From positions 1 through 64,000 of the IMG/VR virus record IMGVR_UViG_3300044843_000700: DNA of 64,000 bases. One strand, given 5' to 3'. The notes beneath the pieces are model-generated. The model worked only from the letters and a program-made list of their open reading frames with translations. It had not been told where the DNA came from and made no database searches. The DNA is from a virus (Duplodnaviria; Heunggongvirae; Uroviricota; Caudoviricetes). Made by a program: the position numbers and the translations under genes. Of this stretch, positions 18,113 through 26,814 are shown piece by piece (within the stretch, counting starts at the first letter, position 1; every line of letters begins with the position of its first letter).

Positions 18113-18927
18113 CCATGAGCATCACGACATCATGTGTTACAGGAGTATATCTATAGCAGGTGTAATCTCATAGGGAGTGTGATGAGTGAGGGCGGTTGCC
18201 CATCCCCTCCTCCCCAATGGGTATTGCCGGCTGTCATCCCGCTTTAGCCTGATCAGCTAACTGCGATGCACCAGCGGGGCTCTCACAGACTTCGTATCCA
18301 GCGATCGTCATCACCGGTAACACCGGCAATTATTTAATGATCTTTCCGTAGACAGCAGTCAGAATCTTCTATGTCCCTTATGGTTGAGCCTATGGTGATC
18401 ATGCGAACTTCCATTTTAAATAATTTACCACCGAAGACCAGTTATCGCCTAACGTCATTTTCACTGGTTCGGGAATGCTCTCCTTGCGGCATATTAGGCA
18501 TCCTCTGTGGTAAACTTATTCTTAATAATATCCACCACCTCAACAATATCGCTGAACTTCTTCACAAGACAGAGGCTAGCAGTGGTTCACTCGTCCGGCC
18601 AGAACTGCTCTAACCGGCTTCGGCTCGGCATCGTCAGCAGAATGTTTGTACGAGTCGGCATTACCCGAACCTTTTACGCATGTCTTACTTAATGGGGTTG
18701 CCGACGTGTCTACCTGCAGGTGAGTACCTCGGGTGTTTCCACGTACCTAGTGCGGACTCGTTCGATGTACCACAATGGTAACACTTACTTGAGTAACTGA
18801 CGTCACGACTTGTTGCTGAGCGAACCTAGACCGGTCGGCAATATCTTTGCCCGAGGGCGGACTTCGCTTTACGACTTACTACGCGTGCGACTTACTGCAG
18901 GCGAGCCGTGTCCTCGAGTGTTTCATG

Positions 18928-19164
18928 TTAAAGGTTTTGAACTCCGTGATCTGTGATACTGAAATCTCCACATATGATATCCGGACTGTTGCATCCGCAG
19001 TTATCATCGCTAGGTTCAAGATGCAAACAACCTTTCTCATCTATTGTATATGAGTCAGTATATGCGTGACGAGTGTGCTTACCGTAGCCGTATTGAATTT
19101 CGTATCGTTTCATCTTGCCCACACATCCTGTAAGGACAAGACACAAGATCAATAACTTTTTCAT
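18928..19164 (-). CDS. lipoprotein
   Basis: MKKLLILCLVLTGC lipobox, Cys-rich mature part. Confidence 0.5.
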   Translation of the reverse strand: MKKLLILCLVLTGCVGKMKRYEIQYGYGKHTRHAYTDSYTIDEKGCLHLEPSDDNCGCNSPDIICGDFSITDHGVQNL

Positions 19165-19598
19165 CGTTCAAGATGTAGTATTGCTGTGTTAGGTCCCGTG
19201 GTAAAGGTCAACTCAAGTACACTGGATGTTAATGTTCTTATGTAGTAGAGCGTACCAAATAGATCAAGATGTGTAGGTGTCGCCTTCCAATATGTTACTG
19301 CGTAGACACATGCCAATCCCTGATATCCATCTTTGTAGTTGTTACCTACAGTGGTATTAAGTGTGGTCATTAAGTCGAGTCTGCAGTTTACACTGTCAGT
19401 GCGTGTGATAATGCTTGTTGGAATAACATTCCCGGTACTGTCAAGCAGTGCTTCGTATGTTACAATCCATGAGCCAGACAAGCTAGTCTCAGTTGCATTC
19501 AGGGTACTTGTAGGCGTGGGAGTGGGTGTAGGTGCCGGCTCCTTATTACAAGCAGTAAGAGCCATGATGGCTAAGCTAAGTATGAGTATCTTTTTCAT
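19161..19598 (-). CDS. lipoprotein with Pro-Thr linker
   Basis: MKKILILSLAIMALTAC lipobox then PAPTPTPTPTSTLN linker. Confidence 0.55.
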   Translation of the reverse strand: MKKILILSLAIMALTACNKEPAPTPTPTPTSTLNATETSLSGSWIVTYEALLDSTGNVIPTSIITRTDSVNCRLDLMTTLNTTVGNNYKDGYQGLACVYAVTYWKATPTHLDLFGTLYYIRTLTSSVLELTFTTGPNTAILHLER

Positions 19599-19704
19599 AA
19601 TGATTTGAGTTAATGATTAGGTAAAAATGGCGCCCCGATCCTAGCCCAGGCGCCTGGTGAGGTTGCGACCCTCACGTCTTGACTCTTTTAGTGAGTCGGA
19701 TATC

Positions 19705-20430
19705 TTACTCAGGTAGATCATCTATGGGTGTTTTACCCATGAGGATATCAAGCATACCACCCAGACCCATTTGGGTTTTGAATTCAGCTTGTCTTCTAAT
19801 CTCCCTGATAATGGTGGTCTGTACAATTTCCGTTGTAGCAGGTGTATTCTCAGCGTCTATGTATTCCTGATAACGATCAGCAAATAAGAGCAACTGGTTT
19901 TCCATCTGCTCGGTGAGCATCATCACATGATTTACGTCATGTACTGCCGGGTTTTGTGCATCACCATGGTGATTACAATCAAATCCGAATACTACGAATC
20001 CTTCAGGTGATACCGATAAGTCAGCGACATACGCTTTCTTAATGGCCATTTTCTTTTCAATGTACTGCATTGGATCAGAGCCCTTATCCTTTTCCCATTC
20101 AGCATAGAAGTTTGCTATTGCGTCACGGTATCTTTTGGATATGTTCTCTTGATCAGGCACGCCTTCCAATTCACAGTATGTAATGTTACCATGGATGGCA
20201 AGACTGTTAAGTCCTGGTGCATCATATGAACCCCACCAATCTTTTGGTACTGAGTTCTTTGGTAGTATTACATATCCACATAGGTGTGATTCAGGCATAA
20301 ATCTGCGGTGCATTTCAATCAGGTCAGGTGGTAATCCCTCGGGCATTTTGTGCTCGATCTTTATAACACACCTGTTCTTATATACCCACTTCTCGTGTGG
20401 ATATGTAAAAGGATAGAAGTCGTATTCCAT
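19705..20430 (-). CDS. hypothetical protein
   Basis: Track ORF 19705..20487 trimmed to MEYDFYPF start to remove overlap. Confidence 0.45.
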   Translation of the reverse strand: MEYDFYPFTYPHEKWVYKNRCVIKIEHKMPEGLPPDLIEMHRRFMPESHLCGYVILPKNSVPKDWWGSYDAPGLNSLAIHGNITYCELEGVPDQENISKRYRDAIANFYAEWEKDKGSDPMQYIEKKMAIKKAYVADLSVSPEGFVVFGFDCNHHGDAQNPAVHDVNHVMMLTEQMENQLLLFADRYQEYIDAENTPATTEIVQTTIIREIRRQAEFKTQMGLGGMLDILMGKTPIDDLPE

Positions 20431-20444
20431 AGGATTAAGATTAG

Positions 20445-20786
20445 TTAACCCTCTATTCCCCGAGGCAGGTACCCTTTGTCTTCCCAATACTTGATCAGGT
20501 TGAAGTAAGGCTTCATTATTTCGAGGTAGATATCAAACTTTTCACCGTTTTTAGACATCATGCCGCAGTCGGCCTTCATCTTATCTCTTACTTGGTTCCA
20601 AGTTTTAGCTTTGCTTTCGGAGATATCCCATCCGATACGGTCAAACCAGTTGGTCGCAGTAAGTCCATCTTCTGGCTTAGCATACCACTTAGGGTCAATA
20701 GGTCTGTCCCAGAAATGTGCAGCTTCTTCATCGAGCTGCTTCATGGTGATTGCTTCACCTTCTTTGTTTACAATTTGGAATGCCAT
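20445..20786 (-). CDS. hypothetical protein
   Basis: 113-aa ORF. Confidence 0.45.
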   Translation of the reverse strand: MAFQIVNKEGEAITMKQLDEEAAHFWDRPIDPKWYAKPEDGLTATNWFDRIGWDISESKAKTWNQVRDKMKADCGMMSKNGEKFDIYLEIMKPYFNLIKYWEDKGYLPRGIEG

Positions 20787-20807
20787 ATGAGTTGGTGTTT
20801 GAGTTGG

Positions 20808-21116
20808 TTAAAGCTCTTTCATTTTTTCATCGAGTATTGCCCGGGCCACATGAACATTCTCTGAGTCCTCAGATCTGATCATTTGTATGAGCCGGCGGAA
20901 CTCGTCGTTAGTAAAGAACTGGTTCATTGATTTAGTACACAGCTCTAGTCTGAGGAAAGCATTATACCTGGTCTGTAACCAGTATTCTGCAGCTGAGTTC
21001 TGAATAAGTATACCAGCCGGGTCACCATCCGGATCTTGAAGATCTTTCATGGCTAGTAGACCAGTGATTATAATTCTCAGTTCTTCTCTCAATTGAAGAT
21101 ACTCGGTCATCTGCAA
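20808..21116 (-). CDS. hypothetical protein
   Basis: 102-aa ORF. Confidence 0.4.
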   Translation of the reverse strand: MQMTEYLQLREELRIIITGLLAMKDLQDPDGDPAGILIQNSAAEYWLQTRYNAFLRLELCTKSMNQFFTNDEFRRLIQMIRSEDSENVHVARAILDEKMKEL

Positions 21117-21544
21117 CCTCCTTTTGGGTGGTTGAACTCTCGGTTCTTAAGCTTAGTCCAGAAGCTGAGCCAGATCTTACGACTAGCCTTTTTTCTTGGT
21201 ACACGCGCAATAGGTGGTAAGTAATACCAGTTCTGAGTATGACACTTCGGACAGTTATGACCAAAGTCAATTTTGTTATTGGTTTGATATTCGCCATGGC
21301 TTTCACCACGTAGTAGTGTGCGATGGAAGTTGCAGTTAGCGCATATGATCCCGCCGGTATTGTAATGACCTTGAGACTCACTACCCCATTCGCAAAACGC
21401 TATCCGGCTTGTACGCCTTTTGGTTTTTGTGATTCTGATTATCGGTTTCATACGCGTTAGTTTAATTGGTTGCCCCTCTGCATTCATATGTAATAGCTTG
21501 TTATCAAGCGAGTGTTCCGACGTAGTGCTGATCGGTAAGCTCAT
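21107..21544 (-). CDS. zinc-finger protein
   Basis: CANCNFH ... FGHNCPKCH Cys/His clusters. Confidence 0.4.
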   Translation of the reverse strand: MSLPISTTSEHSLDNKLLHMNAEGQPIKLTRMKPIIRITKTKRRTSRIAFCEWGSESQGHYNTGGIICANCNFHRTLLRGESHGEYQTNNKIDFGHNCPKCHTQNWYYLPPIARVPRKKASRKIWLSFWTKLKNREFNHPKGGCR

Positions 21545-21639
21545 GGATATTACAGATGTCCGGCCTTGGGAACCGGTTTATGATGCATTAGCAACCCTGG
21601 CTTAGTTACCAGGATTGTACAGTGTTTTGACTGGTGTAC

Positions 21640-21879
21640 CTAATCACCCTCTTCACCTCTATGTAAATAAAAGTGGTACCATAATCCCATCGCGAAGTAT
21701 AGAGCACTGAACGCGACGAGTAGGATGGGGATATCCTGTCTCCATGCAAGGTAATGTACGTGAGCCAGATCCCCCGCGGGAAACATCAGTAACCAGAAGC
21801 CTATGGCACCCATCTCATATAAAAAGATGGGGATCATCGCCCCTATCATGAGGCTGAGGATTTTTCTTGTCGGTTTCAT
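21640..21879 (-). CDS. small membrane protein
   Basis: 79 aa, two hydrophobic helices. Confidence 0.4.
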   Translation of the reverse strand: MKPTRKILSLMIGAMIPIFLYEMGAIGFWLLMFPAGDLAHVHYLAWRQDIPILLVAFSALYFAMGLWYHFYLHRGEEGD

Positions 21880-22042
21880 GGTGCGGGTTATTGAGTTGGT
21901 TCTTGAGATGTTCTTCTTCTTGCCACTGGGCGTTGACCCTGGCGTAGTAGTCCATAAGCCACATAGGCATACCGGACTCAGAGACTTCCTTCAGGTATCT
22001 CTCATGCTCTTCTATAAGAGCGTCATCAGCTGAGTGAGTCAT
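21815..22042 (-). CDS. hypothetical protein
   Basis: 75-aa ORF overlapping neighbour; weak. Confidence 0.3.
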   Translation of the reverse strand: MTHSADDALIEEHERYLKEVSESGMPMWLMDYYARVNAQWQEEEHLKNQLNNPHHETDKKNPQPHDRGDDPHLFI

Positions 22043-22293
22043 GATACTAAGGCTTTATTGTACTTGGCTATAAGATTAGCCTCGTGGTTATCGATGTAGT
22101 TCTTGGCTTTGTCCAACAGCTCGTCTGAGGTTATCCAGTTGAAACCCTGACCGCGGAGATACAAGCTCTTCTGACCTCCCGGAGACGTCTTGTTAGGCTT
22201 AGTCTTGATAATATGATACCAGAAACCATTATTGGTAACAGCTCTCAACCTTATGGTATAGCCTTTATACTGATGAAAGGATTCTGTTATCAT
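22039..22293 (-). CDS. hypothetical protein
   Basis: 84-aa ORF. Confidence 0.4.
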   Translation of the reverse strand: MITESFHQYKGYTIRLRAVTNNGFWYHIIKTKPNKTSPGGQKSLYLRGQGFNWITSDELLDKAKNYIDNHEANLIAKYNKALVS

Positions 22294-22489
22294 AAGCAGT
22301 AACGTTTATGGTGGTGATAGTTATATAGTGCGAGGTCGTCGTCTGTCTTAGCGACAAATTTGACGGTGTTTTGAAGGTGGAGAAAGGAGTGGGAGTTTAA
22401 TACCCACTCACATTCTCTCTCATCTTCAATGGTTTACGAGTTGGTGTGCTCGATTTTGCGACAATTTTGTCGGACTTTTACCCTTGTCG

Positions 22490-22529
22490 GGAAAGAAAAA
22501 GAGCCACCAAGATCTCTCAAGGTGGCTCT
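22490..22529 (-). terminator. rho-independent terminator for paralog A gene
   Basis: agagccacc...ggtggctct stem with A-run on plus strand (T-run on minus) immediately 3' of gene end at 22551. Confidence 0.5.
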
Positions 22530-22550
22530 TATAAGCTAATCAGCCTGCTT

Positions 22551-22937
22551 TTACAGCTTGCTGATGTCCTCACCTTTCGGTTCGGCCTTCGCTTCAACAG
22601 CTGTGCTCTTTGCACCGCCACCAAGCAATTGCTCAGCAGCCATACGAGCCAACTGGTCACCGAAGTTACCACCGTACTGTGCAGCCAAGCTTGCAGCCTG
22701 GTCAAACGCAGACATGTCAGGTACAACTTTACCGTTGGTGGTGATAATCAGGTTTCCTGATTGTCCTACGCAACGAGTTGTGAACCACAACGGTGTTCCG
22801 GTTACTTCATCCGTACGGTGATTGTCACCTTGGGCTTTTGCGAACGCCTCGAGTTGCTCTTGGGTTCCACTTACAGCATACACAAACACTGTGTTGCCAT
22901 TTTTGCTCTTGTACGAGCGGATCAACTTGATTTTCAT
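22551..22937 (-). CDS. hypothetical protein, paralog A of tandem pair
   Basis: Track ORF 22551..22964 trimmed to MKIKLIRSYKSKNGNTVFVY; about 70 percent identical to product of 23873..24254. Confidence 0.55.
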   Translation of the reverse strand: MKIKLIRSYKSKNGNTVFVYAVSGTQEQLEAFAKAQGDNHRTDEVTGTPLWFTTRCVGQSGNLIITTNGKVVPDMSAFDQAASLAAQYGGNFGDQLARMAAEQLLGGGAKSTAVEAKAEPKGEDISKL

Positions 22938-23399
22938 CTTGAGTTGGATTTTTGGGTTAAACATTATGTCTCACATATCTCCATATCCTGACTATGGAGC
23001 CAATGTGTCCTGAGAAAAGGGGGTTGGTAGGAGCTTAAAGGTGTTAATAAGTGAGCGAGAATGCCGGCTCAAGACAAGAGTTACTGACATGTCTTGCACT
23101 TCTCAACGTTCTCGCGTTAATAACTCATGGCATCATGAGATAGTCAGGCCGTACCGGACGACTCTCAGTCATGCCTAAAAGTTCTAAGGAGAAGGGGGTT
23201 GGGAAGAGATCGAGTACTGAGCAAATGCTTTTCCGACAAATTTGTCGGTTGATAAGTGAGCGGGAAGGCTTCTATATGGCAGAATCACAGGCACTTAGGC
23301 GTGTTCATTTCTCGCCTAACAATACCAGTAAAGAGTAGTATAGTATATAGTAGTAAGCTAAGAGTAGTAAGCTAAGCTTATAGATTGGCGAAGGAGGGG

Positions 23400-23702
23400 T
23401 TATTTCTTGGATGATTTCCCGTTCTTGCCGTTACGAGCGCGATTAGTTGAGCGGCTTTCCTGGACCAGTTTACCGGACTTGGTGTGGCTTAAGTCTTTCT
23501 TATCGCCATAACCCGCATCGTTTTTCCGGCGGTTAACCTTGTTGAGTTCCTCACGATAGTTCTTACGTTCGGTGGTTGCGTGGTACTTCTTGTTGTACTC
23601 ATTCTTTTTAGCGCGTGCTTCAGGATGAGAAGCAAAGTACTTAGCTGATGCAGATGTTCCTGTGGACTTGCCTGCGTTCTTGTTGCGTGTTGATTTAGCC
23701 AT
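23400..23702 (-). CDS. highly basic hydrophilic protein
   Basis: Track ORF 23400..23792 probably starts at internal MAKSTRNKNAGKS; Lys/Arg/Asn-rich (KNYREELNKVNRRKNDAGYGDKK). Confidence 0.4.
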   Translation of the reverse strand: MAKSTRNKNAGKSTGTSASAKYFASHPEARAKKNEYNKKYHATTERKNYREELNKVNRRKNDAGYGDKKDLSHTKSGKLVQESRSTNRARNGKNGKSSKK

Positions 23703-23829
23703 GACACAAAGATATGAAGAAATGGGGTTGGTTGAGTGGTGAGTCAGGAGACAGACAGAAGCGAGGATGATAGTAAAAACTTTCTTTCTCACCGACAGGA
23801 CAGCTCTGTTGGTAGGAGATCTTTGATGA

Positions 23830-23863
23830 AGAAAAAAGAAAAGACACCCGATTAAGGGTGTCT
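23830..23863 (-). terminator. rho-independent terminator for paralog B gene
   Basis: agacaccc-gatta-gggtgtct hairpin with A-run on plus strand before it, 3' of gene end 23873. Confidence 0.5.
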
Positions 23864-23872
23864 TCTCGTGGG

Positions 23873-24254
23873 TTAGAACTGCTCTTCAGGTGCGTCCTGA
23901 GGTGTGTTCTGTGGTACGCTGGCTGTGTTGCCGCGATGTCCCAGCAATTGCTCTGCTGCGGCTTTGGCAAGCTGGTCGCCCAAGTTACCGCCGTATTGCT
24001 TGGCAAGGCTGGCTGCCTGGTCGAAGGCGCTCATGTCGGGAACGACCTTACCGTTCGTGGTAATGATGAGTTCGCCCGTATTACCGATGCAACGTGTGGT
24101 GAACCAAAGCGGCTTACCTGTTGTTTCGTCGGTACGATGGTTGTCGCCCTGTGCCTTGGCAAACGCTTCAAGTTCGTCTGCTTTGCCTGATACGCCGTAT
24201 ACGAATACGGTGTTACCGTTCTTGCTCTTGTAAGAGCGCATAAGTGTTGCTTTC
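23873..24254 (-). CDS. hypothetical protein, paralog B of tandem pair
   Basis: Track ORF uses TTG start; ATG start gives MKATLMRSYKSKNGNTVFVYGVSG...; paralog of 22551..22937. Confidence 0.55.
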
Positions 24255-24497
24255 ATGATGATTGGATTTAGATGGTTAAACAATATTTGTTACCCAAAGG
24301 GGGTTGTTCTTGTGTATTGGATGAAGCGATGGCATGTGCGTTGGGCTGAGCGTTCCTGCAGTAATCAGTGCGAGCGGCTCGTGTCCCAAACTTAAGACAG
24401 CTGAGAGCTCCTCGTTATAGAGGAGCGTCCCAGTGTCATTATCCATCACCTGATAATCGGAAGGATAAAGGGTAGAGCTGTTGCCCTACCCAGTGTA

Positions 24498-24764
24498 CTA
24501 CTTACAGTACTTTTGCCTGAAGGCTTCTTCAGTAAGCCTTTGTTGATGCCACATTCTTTCCCGACTGTTCTCACTCCAGTGAGTGGATGTCTTCTCACGA
24601 CCAAAGATGATCATGGCGAATGCGATACCACCAACGATTCCAAGCGCTACCATGGTCTCCTTTACTCCGAAGTACCAGATAGATAACTCGATGCCTGCAG
24701 ATGCAACTGCAGCTACCAGCAAGGTCACGAGTAACACCTTGCTTACATTACTTGTCTTCTTCAT
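24498..24764 (-). CDS. small membrane protein
   Basis: 88 aa, two TM helices. Confidence 0.4.
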   Translation of the reverse strand: MKKTSNVSKVLLVTLLVAAVASAGIELSIWYFGVKETMVALGIVGGIAFAMIIFGREKTSTHWSENSRERMWHQQRLTEEAFRQKYCK

Positions 24765-24819
24765 GGTGATGTGTATTTATAATCAATAAGGGGTTGGCTC
24801 AGATAAAAAGAGAACGGGA

Positions 24820-25119
24820 TTAATTCCCGTCCTCCTCAAAGCGCCTTCTCTCGCGATACTGTCTCGCTGCTTCGCTGATCTCAAATAGCTCACGAGCTAT
24901 GTTGATCACGTTCATGCGGAATCGGATCGCTTCCCCTACACGTCGTAGTACTTCGCTCAGTGTGTGCACATCTGAGTCATAGAGCATATCGAACTCTTCG
25001 GTATCGATATTGCGACCAAGTAATAGCCTGTTGGCTTTGTTGATGTCTGTGATCATGCAGACCTTGGTCTTCTTCTCATCGCTGAGAACATAGGTTGGAT
25101 CAATAAGAGTTGTTGTCAT
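24820..25119 (-). CDS. hypothetical protein
   Basis: 99-aa ORF preceded by AAGGGGTTG motif. Confidence 0.4.
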   Translation of the reverse strand: MTTTLIDPTYVLSDEKKTKVCMITDINKANRLLLGRNIDTEEFDMLYDSDVHTLSEVLRRVGEAIRFRMNVINIARELFEISEAARQYRERRRFEEDGN

Positions 25120-25172
25120 GGTGATGGTTATTTGAGATGATTAAGGGGTTGACTAATGAAGAGAACCAGGCA

Positions 25173-25475
25173 CTAAGCCTGGCTCTCGATTACTCTGCTT
25201 GCTTTCTCTATGGCAAGCTTAGCTCTTTGTCTTTGTTCAACGCGGTAAAGCAATTGTGCAAGTCCAGCATTCTGATGTGCTATGAACACGATGTGTGCAT
25301 GCGTTCTGGCCTTATTGAACATGACAGTTAGGTCATTCATGTATGGACGAAGCTCGTTATCTGTGAGCATTCTGTCTGCAAGCTCTGCTGTGTAGCGCAG
25401 CTTTGCGTGAACATGTGTACCTATAGAATGGATACCATATCTCATGGTACGCATTTGGTCAAAGGATATTCTCAT
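25173..25475 (-). CDS. hypothetical protein
   Basis: 100-aa ORF preceded by AAGGGGGTTG motif. Confidence 0.4.
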   Translation of the reverse strand: MRISFDQMRTMRYGIHSIGTHVHAKLRYTAELADRMLTDNELRPYMNDLTVMFNKARTHAHIVFIAHQNAGLAQLLYRVEQRQRAKLAIEKASRVIESQA

Positions 25476-25557
25476 GGTGATGGATTTTGTCCCGAAGGGG
25501 GTTGAACATGTGAAACATGGAAAAGAAAAGCCAGACCCTTTGGCCTGGCTTATTCTC

Positions 25558-25806
25558 TTAACAGTTGTAGTGCTGTCTGTACAAGGCTACCTCGCGATGC
25601 TCGATGGCCAATACTGGTATCTTGCCGACAGGCGCATTGGTCTTGACCTGGATGATATCGCTTGGCACGATGTCACTCACGTGGTCAAACACTCTCTTTA
25701 CTACGTTACCATTACGGTAAGTAACTGTCTCGGTTTTCTTACGCTGACCGTTAACGTTTTCGATTGCTACGATGCTGTTCATGGTGATGGTATTAAGGTT
25801 AAACAT
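25558..25806 (-). CDS. hypothetical protein
   Basis: 82-aa ORF, motif 10 nt upstream of ATG; terminator-like hairpin 25529-25550. Confidence 0.4.
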   Translation of the reverse strand: MFNLNTITMNSIVAIENVNGQRKKTETVTYRNGNVVKRVFDHVSDIVPSDIIQVKTNAPVGKIPVLAIEHREVALYRQHYNC

Positions 25807-26282
25807 TTACAGGCTAAAGGGGGTTGACTGCCGTATATACTCGTGTTCCCGAGGTGCATCAGTCAATGTATAATCAAGCACAGGCCTCGTGCGTTGGACA
25901 TCACAAGACATGACCAAGACAAGGATGACCAAGACCATCCAGATGTTCTCATCCCATCAAGCCACAAGAAACATTCTCCTGTAAGAATTCTTTTTCCTCG
26001 TGTCCCATGAAATCAGATTTGGTCTGGCAAGCACCCCGGGGTACCCCCGCTTTCCAAACACCGAGGGGGGTTGATTGAGGGGCCCTCCTCACACTCCCGA
26101 ACATGCACTGGTCCTGTATCCCGAGAAAAATTTTGTCCCTACTCTTGCACATTAAGATCTTATGCTTATCTTTGTGCCATGAGACAATCGCTACTCTTTA
26201 GTTATTGCTGGTTATCGCCTAAGGGTGATCCGGGTAACTATTGAAGTAATGTCTCGTATTGAGGTTAAGCATTATGGAACAA

Positions 26283-26314
26283 AGCCCGGAGTAATATCCG
26301 GGCTTTTTCTTTTT
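26283..26314 (+). terminator. terminator-like hairpin abutting first tRNA
   Basis: agcccgga-gtaata-tccgggct followed by TTTTTCTTTT; tRNA-Phe begins at next base. Confidence 0.4.
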
Positions 26315-26387
26315 GGAGCTATAGCAAAGACGGTCTATGCGTGGGACTGAAAATCCTGAGATCCTGGTTCGATACCAGGTGGCTCCA
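26315..26387 (+). tRNA. tRNA-Phe (GAA)
   Basis: Cloverleaf by hand: acceptor GGAGCTA/TGGCTCC, anticodon loop CTGAAAA, T-arm CCTGG-TTCGATA-CCAGG. Confidence 0.8.
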
Positions 26388-26393
26388 CTGATT

Positions 26394-26477
26394 GGGAACT
26401 GATAGTCGTTTTGGATACGGCAGCCGGACTGTAAATTCGGTCTCTTCGGGGGAGTGGTTCGAGTCCACCAGGTCCCA
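26394..26477 (+). tRNA. tRNA-Tyr (GTA), type II
   Basis: Anticodon arm CCGGA-CTGTAAA-TTCGG, long variable arm, T-loop TTCGAGT, discriminator A; acceptor has one A.G mismatch, D-arm irregular. Confidence 0.5.
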
Positions 26478-26483
26478 CAACAT

Positions 26484-26577
26484 GGAAAGTGAAGCAGTGG
26501 CATTGGAGCCGCGACCGGTCTTGAAAACCGGGTGTCGGGTGATAAACTTGACTGGGGGTCGGGTCCTCCGCTTTCCG
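26484..26577 (+). tRNA. tRNA-Ser (TGA), type II, CCA encoded
   Basis: Acceptor GGAAAGT/GCTTTCC, anticodon arm CCGGT-CTTGAAA-ACCGG, discriminator G then CCA; layout parallels E. coli Ser-TGA. Confidence 0.6.
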
Positions 26578-26581
26578 CCAT

Positions 26582-26654
26582 ACATGAGTAGCTCAGTCGG
26601 TAGAGCTCTGGTCTCCAAAACCAGTGGTCGGAGGTTCGAACCCTTCCTCATGTG
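26582..26654 (+). tRNA. tRNA-Trp (CCA)
   Basis: Perfect acceptor ACATGAG/CTCATGT, D-stem GCTC/GAGC, anticodon arm CTGGT-CTCCAAA-ACCAG, T-loop TTCGAAC. Confidence 0.8.
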
Positions 26655-26736
26655 CAAAATGTTTCCCTCATTAATGAGGGAAACAAAGTATAACTATCTG
26701 AGCGTTATTTTACTTTAACGCCTGAAAGTAAAATAA

Positions 26737-26809
26737 GGTACCGTGGATGAGCGGTTTAGTCCTCAGTCTGCAAAACTCGAGTACGCGTGTTCGAATCACG
26801 CCGGTACCT
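26737..26809 (+). tRNA. tRNA-Cys (GCA)
   Basis: Perfect acceptor GGTACCG/CGGTACC, T-arm GCGTG-TTCGAAT-CACGC, anticodon loop CTGCAAA; one C.C mismatch in anticodon stem. Confidence 0.6.
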
Positions 26810-26814
26810 CTTCC

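Noticed and set aside
23017-25826. AAGGGGG read as plus-strand Shine-Dalgarno sites for plus-strand genes
   Set aside because: Downstream plus-strand frames hit stops within 1-23 codons; motif position tracks minus-strand start codons instead
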